In this document: one piece after another, positions 58,294 to 64,000 of the stretch
Numbering within the stretch: the first letter of the stretch is position 1
How the letters are laid out: each line of letters opens with the position of its first letter
Source of the DNA: a virus
DNA length: 64,000 nucleotides
Virus genome (UHGV): UHGV-1519562
Strand: one strand, 5' to 3'
Position numbers and translations under genes: made by a program
The notes under the pieces: generated by a model
Databases searched by the model: none
What the model was told of the DNA's origin: nothing
Seen by the model: the letters and a program-made list of their open reading frames with translations, nothing else

Positions 58294-58926
58294 TTATTTA
58301 CACTTCCATTTTTTAACTAAAACCGGTATATCATTATACTTTTCTTTAAATCTATTCATTGCGTTCTTGTAGAACTGCAGTTCGGTAGAGATATCTTCTC
58401 CTTGCGCTTGGCGGTAAAAAGCATTGGCTGCTTCTTCTTCACCAATCTTCTCTTCAGAGAGAATTGCGCGCCACTCAGTAACGATTGCTTCATCCATAAC
58501 CTCATAGGTTGAGTAAAAACACCAATACTGATTTCCATCGCTAATGCCAAATTTATTAAATGGCTCTTTGATGTATCTTTCAGTTACAGCTTTATAGGAT
58601 GTATGATTATATTTTTCATAACCAAAATCCGCAATAGCATCTCTAGCGATTTTACTCTTACTATTAGGTTTAAATTCAGTACCTAAAGCGGCAACAGTGA
58701 ATTTTTCGTAATCTTTTTTCTTTTGTTTAGTTTGGGCAGTTCTTAAAGAAGGGATTATATCGGGCATTTCACCTTTAATTTCATAAGTATATCTGCCTGT
58801 ACTGGACTTAGTTTCAGTTATATCCATATATTCTTGAAGATGAAGCATTAATTCATCATGTTTGTTAGCCCAAACATTATGTGAGATAGAATATCTTTTA
58901 TTAAGTTCTTTTCTAGTAATTATCAT
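58294..58926 (-). CDS. hypothetical protein on the opposite strand (regulator or replication-protein candidate)
   Basis: 210 aa with RBS AAGGAG; only minus-strand gene in the early region; flanked by about 0.4 and 0.65 kb of non-coding repeat-rich DNA. Confidence 0.55.
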   Translation of the reverse strand: MIITRKELNKRYSISHNVWANKHDELMLHLQEYMDITETKSSTGRYTYEIKGEMPDIIPSLRTAQTKQKKKDYEKFTVAALGTEFKPNSKSKIARDAIADFGYEKYNHTSYKAVTERYIKEPFNKFGISDGNQYWCFYSTYEVMDEAIVTEWRAILSEEKIGEEEAANAFYRQAQGEDISTELQFYKNAMNRFKEKYNDIPVLVKKWKCK

Positions 58927-59130
58927 TTTTGTTAAATCTCCTTAAATAAAATTTATAGAATTTTCATTCTACTACTAATATATAAATTTTAAATAAGAAA
59001 GATTTAACAGAAATGATCTAAAAAAATTGATCTACTTTTTGTGTATGTGGTTATATATATTGGTATACACAAAAAATAGATCAAAAATCTTGTACTCATT
59101 GATGAACAGTACATTAAAACTGAACTAAAA

Positions 59131-59182
59131 TTAGCTTCATTTTTATCCTACCACTTACACAAAAATGAAGCTAATTTTTTTT
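59131..59182 (+). terminator. long hairpin plus T8 tract
   Basis: ttagcttcattttt / aaaaatgaagctaa arms with 16-nt loop, then tttttttt. Confidence 0.45.
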
Positions 59183-59335
59183 AAATACTTGTCTACCAAA
59201 ATTTACTCTAGTATATATACACAGTAAATTTTCGTAGATAACTTTGCCTTCTCAGATAATAAGTACACAATATTTAATTAAAAAAATGAATTTCTATTAT
59301 TTATTTCACTTCACTACTCTACTTATAATAACGTA

Positions 59336-59400
59336 AATAAGTCATCCTTTGGATGACTTATTTACTAAGGAATAATAAATCGACCTTTGGTCGATTTATT
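59336..59400. promoter_or_regulatory. twin 27-bp perfect palindromes (operator-like)
   Basis: aataagtcatcc ttt ggatgacttatt and aataaatcgacc ttt ggtcgatttatt, 11 bp apart. Confidence 0.5.
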
Positions 59401-59578
59401 ATTCCATTAACTTTTCTCTCTCACTTTCAATTTTCCCTTCAGAAATTGTGAGTTCCATTCCCCAATTTTTTCCAAATGAAAATTCAAAATAACCACTCCC
59501 CTATATCCGCAATTGAAAATATTAAAAAATTATTATATAATATATATAGAAAAACAAAAGGAAAGGAATTAAAAATTT

Positions 59579-60115
59579 ATGTCTACTTATAAGATTAATG
59601 ATTGCTGTAACGCCTCTACTGCCGAGCTTAACTCCTCTTGTAACTGCAAGACTACTATGAAGTTTGAGGATTATATCATGGATGAGCTGCGCAAGGGCAA
59701 GTCTATGGATGAGATTATGAAGTATATCTCTGAGCGAGTCAATGCCGTGGAGTCTACTTTTAAGGCAGAGCAGAATAAGAAGAAGAGTTTTTGGTTGGTG
59801 AAGACTCCTGTTGAGGGTGATAGAGATTTCATTTTTGGTAATCTGCATGTAAAGATTAATGATGCTCTTGTTCATTTGAGTAATGGTAAGATTACTACTG
59901 AGGATTTTATTATTCTTTTTATTGAGGGTCTTTATCAGATTGCTCCTGCTATGCGCCCTATGCTTGATGAGATTAGTCTTGATGATGATAGTATTAGTCT
60001 TTTGACTGAAAGCATGGATAAGGTGAATAAGCTTTTCTCTGTTGCTAAGGCTTTTAGCAATGAGATTGATGATGACGCAGAAAGAATTAATAAGTTTTTG
60101 GATTCTCTACTGTAA
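59579..60115 (+). CDS. hypothetical protein with N-terminal Cys cluster
   Basis: 178 aa; DCCNASTAELNSSCNCK near the N-terminus; consensus promoter/leader; terminator downstream. Confidence 0.55.
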   Translation: MSTYKINDCCNASTAELNSSCNCKTTMKFEDYIMDELRKGKSMDEIMKYISERVNAVESTFKAEQNKKKSFWLVKTPVEGDRDFIFGNLHVKINDALVHLSNGKITTEDFIILFIEGLYQIAPAMRPMLDEISLDDDSISLLTESMDKVNKLFSVAKAFSNEIDDDAERINKFLDSLL

Positions 60116-60133
60116 AAGGGGATAACCCCTTTT
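60114..60133 (+). terminator. intrinsic terminator
   Basis: aaaagggg ataa cccctttt. Confidence 0.55.
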
Positions 60134-60236
60134 ACAGAGGTTGAAAATAAGCGAAAATTGAAGATTGGTGAATACATTAAGCGGGAATTAAAAAATTGCA
60201 TAGTGAGTTAGATGAGTGTTGCGCAGAGCACATCTC

Positions 60237-60390
60237 TATTTTTAATTATTTTATCTATATTTTATCTATATTTTAATTATTTTTAATAAAAAGCACATCT
60301 CTATTTTTAATTATTTTTAATTATTTTATCTCTATTTTTAATTATTTTAAGATATTTTAATTATTTTTAATAAAAAGCACATCTCTCTAA
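60237..60390. repeat. AT-rich tandem repeat array (iteron-like)
   Basis: Units starting gcacatctct at 60237, 60293 and 60376, filled with sub-repeats tttttaattatttt and ttatctatatttta. Confidence 0.6.
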
Positions 60391-60694
60391 TTCGTAAACC
60401 CCTTCCTTTAATCTTCTTTATTTCCATTGAAAAAATAACTTTTAAGGTGATTTTAAATGAATAAAATAGTAATTTTCCCCACTAAGCCATTGCAAAAAAT
60501 CTTTCGATGAAGAAAAACGTTATATCACGAACCAACCGAGAGAATAAACATAAATACACCAATCCCATTCTACTAATGCAATTAATTTCCATTCTAAATA
60601 ATTAATTCTTAAAGACTTCTCAAAATGAGAAGTCTTTATTTTTTTAAAAAAATATTATATAATATATATAGAAATTAAGAAAGGGTTGAAAAAT

Positions 60695-60889
60695 ATGCGG
60701 GATGCACTATTTGGCGCTTATGCAAAACATGAACAAGAGAAAAAAGAAATTATTCAAATGATGGTTGCGGATTTGCGGGAAGGTAATACTTATTTCTCCT
60801 ATGGGTTCGATGATGATTTTTCCGAAGAAGAAGTCACGGAAATGATTAAAACCGCAAAGTCTATTTATAATGAATGGAGATATAGATAA
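60695..60889 (+). CDS. hypothetical protein
   Basis: 64 aa from ATG 60695; consensus promoter/leader. Confidence 0.5.
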   Translation: MRDALFGAYAKHEQEKKEIIQMMVADLREGNTYFSYGFDDDFSEEEVTEMIKTAKSIYNEWRYR

Positions 60890-61173
60890 TGAATATTGAT
60901 GCCTATATTAACGAATACTTTGCCTATAATCCCAATGCAAGATATGTTCACCTAAATTTCCGCAATCACTACACAACCCTCGACCAAATTCGCCAAATCG
61001 CCAAAGAATACACTTACCACGGTTGGAGTTCTGTTATCGGCGAAACCTATAATTCTGCCTATACAGACCTTTGGATGTTTTGGAATAAAGCTCTTTATCA
61101 ACACTGCAAAGATTCTGCAAAACCTTTTAAGACTTGCGATCGCTACTATTATTATACGGAGGTAGATAATTAA
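60889..61173 (+). CDS. hypothetical protein
   Basis: 94 aa, overlapping start. Confidence 0.5.
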   Translation: MNIDAYINEYFAYNPNARYVHLNFRNHYTTLDQIRQIAKEYTYHGWSSVIGETYNSAYTDLWMFWNKALYQHCKDSAKPFKTCDRYYYYTEVDN

Positions 61174-61382
61174 TGATGTACTATACTGCTGAATGGGTTT
61201 TTGACGATAAAACGCAAACTGACACTGGCCTAATTTCCGCCAATAATATGCGGGAAGCCGGTGAATGGGCGCAAAGCTTCTACGGTGATGATCTTATTTC
61301 CATTTGCTTTACTCCACTTGAAGACCCTTTTATGTTTCCTGACAAAGCCACCGCAGAAACTATTTTAAATTCTCAAGTTTAA
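61173..61382 (+). CDS. hypothetical protein
   Basis: 69 aa, overlapping start. Confidence 0.45.
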   Translation: MMYYTAEWVFDDKTQTDTGLISANNMREAGEWAQSFYGDDLISICFTPLEDPFMFPDKATAETILNSQV

Positions 61383-61665
61383 AGGAGATTATAATGGATA
61401 AATGGTATAATATTAATAAATAATTGTTTTTACATAACAGAAAAAGAATTAATTACTAATTATATACATTGGAACTATCATTTTGGTTTTACCATAAATA
61501 TTAATAAGGAGAAAAATATATGAAGAAAATCTTAATTGGACTTGGGATTCACTTATTATTGAACCAATCGCAGTTTTCTGGATATCATATTTCTTTGGCT
61601 GGATTGCTTCTTTTGTAATTGGTAATTCTCTTTGCTACGCCCTAAATGCTGCTTTTACCAAAGAT

Positions 61666-61962
61666 ATGATTCCTCTAATTGCCGGAGCTATTGGTTGGAT
61701 TGCTTCTTATTTTGCAATTTTCATTGGAATCCATAATAAAAAGGACAAAGCTATTAAAACTACTTATGATAATAATAATATAACACAATCTTATTATCTT
61801 GTTTGCCGAAATGGTGATAATAAATATCAATTAGTAGCTATTCCTTGGAGTAGAATTGATAATAGAATTTTTGATTCAGAAGAAGAAGCTTTTAATTATC
61901 TTACGCAAGTACTAATACAGAGAAATTGGGAAACCAATATCTTGGCGAGAACTAGAAGATAA
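61666..61962 (+). CDS. small membrane protein
   Basis: 98 aa with N-terminal TM helix; 61585-61615 is a degenerate duplicate of its 5' end. Confidence 0.45.
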   Translation: MIPLIAGAIGWIASYFAIFIGIHNKKDKAIKTTYDNNNITQSYYLVCRNGDNKYQLVAIPWSRIDNRIFDSEEEAFNYLTQVLIQRNWETNILARTRR

Positions 61963-62006
61963 TCAATAATCGAATATTATATTAGTAAAATTGAAGGAGA
62001 ATAATA

Positions 62007-62177
62007 ATGATTTATTGCGCTTATGATACAATTAATCCTACTCTTGATTTCAAAACAAAAGAAGAAGTACATCATTGCCGAAAATGGGGTACCTATTTCT
62101 GTAATAAGTGCGCTTCTAGGTATGACGGCGATCGCGTTAAAACCTGTTCCAAGAAAGGAAAATTAAATGACTGCTGA
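62007..62177 (+). CDS. small Cys-rich (zinc-ribbon-like) protein, below the ORF-track cutoff
   Basis: 56 aa with Cys/His pattern C..HHC...C..C...C; RBS GAAGGAG. Confidence 0.4.
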   Translation: MIYCAYDTINPTLDFKTKEEVHHCRKWGTYFCNKCASRYDGDRVKTCSKKGKLNDC

Positions 62178-62349
62178 TAATGGTATTTTTTATTGGAATG
62201 CTAATGTTCCATTTTCTGTAAATAAAAAGAAATTTTTGAGATTTATCGTAGAGAATGTAGAGGAAATTGAAAATTATCCCGATGTTTATGACAACTTATA
62301 TTTTAATTCAAGAAGGCAAAAGTCATCGTTGAACCAAATACACATTTAA
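62167..62349 (+). CDS. hypothetical small protein
   Basis: 60 aa ORF. Confidence 0.4.
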   Translation: MTADNGIFYWNANVPFSVNKKKFLRFIVENVEEIENYPDVYDNLYFNSRRQKSSLNQIHI

Positions 62350-62548
62350 TCGCCAAAGATAAAGATGGACATTTTTATACAAGGAGAACTGAGAAACATG
62401 AGGGCTATTATTAATTATTTTCATTCTCTATTCTGCAAGCATGATTTTGAATTAATCTTGCCGATTCCGCAAAAGCTATTATATAAAAATTTATAAATGT
62501 AAAAAGTGCGGCTATGAGAAAAAATATAAATGTATTTAAGGAGATATA

Positions 62549-62893
62549 ATGTGTAATTTATTTATTGTTGCTCTTGTTGGTATTATTAGACTGGTTTTAA
62601 TAGATAAAACTATCGTATATATAGATTTTTGTTATATTTCCATAGCTGGTTTTTTAATTGCTTTTCTTTTTATGCTCATTGGTTTTTTGCAAATTTTAGA
62701 ATATAATTGTTTTTATGCAGATAATTATGAACCTGCAAGAATTACTATTGCGGAAAATTATAAAACAGTTGAAAATTTAAATGAAATTAATGACAATTTA
62801 ATTCGTTTCAAATCTATAAAAACCGCGTGGGGAAATTGGTCACCAGTTCCAGATTCGGTCTTTGAACTAAAACTCTTAAAAAATAATAAATAA
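62549..62893 (+). CDS. membrane protein (two TM helices)
   Basis: 114 aa, RBS AAGGAG. Confidence 0.5.
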   Translation: MCNLFIVALVGIIRLVLIDKTIVYIDFCYISIAGFLIAFLFMLIGFLQILEYNCFYADNYEPARITIAENYKTVENLNEINDNLIRFKSIKTAWGNWSPVPDSVFELKLLKNNK

Positions 62894-63034
62894 TTTATAA
62901 GACTTAATGAGAAATCATTAAGTCTTTTTTATACTCAAAACCGCAATGCTCCAAAATCTTTTAATCAAAATTGAAAAAATAAAAAAAATATATTATAATA
63001 TATATAGAAAATAAGAAAGGAAGTTGAATTTTAT

Positions 63035-63754
63035 ATGATTCCTGGTCTTTATGCAAACTATCAAAAACAATGGGGTCAAAACACCATTTGGATTATTTCT
63101 GACCTTCACTTTGGCGATAAAGAATTGCGGAAAGGTATTGCTAAACGTCCTTCTGACGAACAGCTTTTAAAGAATATTAATTCTTGCGTTGGCAAGAAAG
63201 ATACTCTTATTGTTCTAGGTGATGTAGGCGACTTATCTTACGTCCGCAAACTTAAAGGTTATAAAGTTCTTATTAAAGGAAATCATGATGTAGGTTCTTC
63301 CCTCTATCAAAGAGAAATTTTTTATAAGCGTTATCCGCAAGACTACATTTCTTATGAAGGTGTAAAAGCAGAAGTAAGAGAAAAATTCCCTGAATATTCT
63401 TTTTCTATTAATGAAGGTCTTGGTTTTTACAGTCCTTTTGAATGGTGGGAAGTAACTTTAGATAATAGACTTTTTGATGAAGTTTATGAAGGTGCATTAA
63501 TTATTGGCGAAAAGCTCATTCTTTCACATGAACCTATTGCTGATATTAATTGGGCGCTAAACCTGCATGGCCACAATCATTTTGGTATTCCGCATCCTGA
63601 TAAATATCATTATAACTTCAATGCAGATGTGATTAATTACAAACCCATTAATCTAAACAAATTTATGAAAGAAGGTTACTTATCCAAAATTCCTTCTATT
63701 CATAGACTTACTATTGATTCAGCTATTGAAAAAACAAAAAGAAAAAACAAATGA
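63035..63754 (+). CDS. calcineurin-like metallophosphoesterase (protein phosphatase / phosphodiesterase family)
   Basis: Motifs ISDLHFGD, LGDVGD, KGNHD, LHGHNH in canonical order. Confidence 0.75.
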   Translation: MIPGLYANYQKQWGQNTIWIISDLHFGDKELRKGIAKRPSDEQLLKNINSCVGKKDTLIVLGDVGDLSYVRKLKGYKVLIKGNHDVGSSLYQREIFYKRYPQDYISYEGVKAEVREKFPEYSFSINEGLGFYSPFEWWEVTLDNRLFDEVYEGALIIGEKLILSHEPIADINWALNLHGHNHFGIPHPDKYHYNFNADVINYKPINLNKFMKEGYLSKIPSIHRLTIDSAIEKTKRKNK

Positions 63755-63840
63755 TTACAAGATTTTATAATCAAAATTGAAAATTTAATAAAAATATATT
63801 ATAATATATATAGAAAGTTAAGGGAGGAAGAAATATTACT

Positions 63841-64000
63841 ATGAAAGAAAAGAAATGGTATATCGTAAATCAAAGTGCAGGTCGTGAAAGTAATCTATTC
63901 TATTTGATTAACGCGACTGAAAAAGAAGTGACAACCCTTCAATGTTTAATTGATAATGATGCCGATGAAAGTCCATATTGTTTGTACAGTGATTATCATT
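63841..64000 (+). CDS. hypothetical protein, 5' partial (continues beyond window)
   Basis: ATG 63841 after consensus promoter/leader; open to window end. Confidence 0.4.
   Translation, partial: MKEKKWYIVNQSAGRESNLFYLINATEKEVTTLQCLIDNDADESPYCLYSDYH

Noticed and set aside
59336-59400. Twin palindromes considered as a mini-CRISPR or tRNA-like element
   Set aside because: The two units are palindromes, not direct repeats with spacers, and have no tRNA cloverleaf features; operator or terminator roles are more plausible.
60237-60390. Tandem repeats considered as a CRISPR array or a type III toxin-antitoxin RNA
   Set aside because: Repeats are AT-rich, imperfect and contiguous with no unique spacers and no cas genes; no downstream toxin-sized gene with matching architecture.
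1-64000. Scan for tRNA genes, integrase and attP
   Set aside because: No GTTCGAATC-type T-arm or cloverleaf candidates and no tyrosine or serine recombinase ORF seen; the cccgctcgg / gaaagtgg repeats near 58060-58290 were considered as att-like but there is no recombinase partner in the window.

Overview
This window reads as about 64 kb of a low-GC, Firmicutes-type tailed phage genome in three blocks. (1) 1-3,480 (+): a diversity-generating retroelement (DGR) whose target gene lies just upstream of the window; only the last 14 nt of its variable repeat are visible, followed by a hairpin, an avd-like gene, the template repeat and the reverse transcriptase, then two small genes. (2) 3,490-42,618 (-): one late/structural operon running from a divergent promoter at about 42.65 kb through two zinc-ribbon proteins, a terminase large subunit split by a group I intron carrying an HNH homing endonuclease, a small nuclease-like ORF, portal, scaffold, capsid, six neck/connector ORFs, a major tail protein with an apparent -1 frameshift extension, a 2,864-aa tape measure protein and six tail, baseplate and fibre proteins. 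(3) 42,700-64,000 (+): an early region of about 45 small genes, most with their own consensus promoter, conserved leader and terminator, and mostly without recognisable function. Recognisable products are a ClpP-like protease, a SleB-like cell-wall hydrolase, a P-loop protein, a HAD 5'-nucleotidase, a DEDDh exonuclease, a GIY-YIG-like protein, an AbrB-like regulator and a metallophosphoesterase. The early region also carries non-coding structure that the genes do not explain: a family of GC-rich stem-loop repeats, palindromic operators, a GC-rich structured-RNA candidate, twin palindromes and AT-rich tandem repeats. No tRNA, CRISPR array or integrase was seen. All calls are from reading the sequence and the ORF track; no database search was run. 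Single-base coordinates from my own reading can be off by 1 (in one place my reading and the ORF track disagree by a base), so the ORF track is the more reliable guide to frame.
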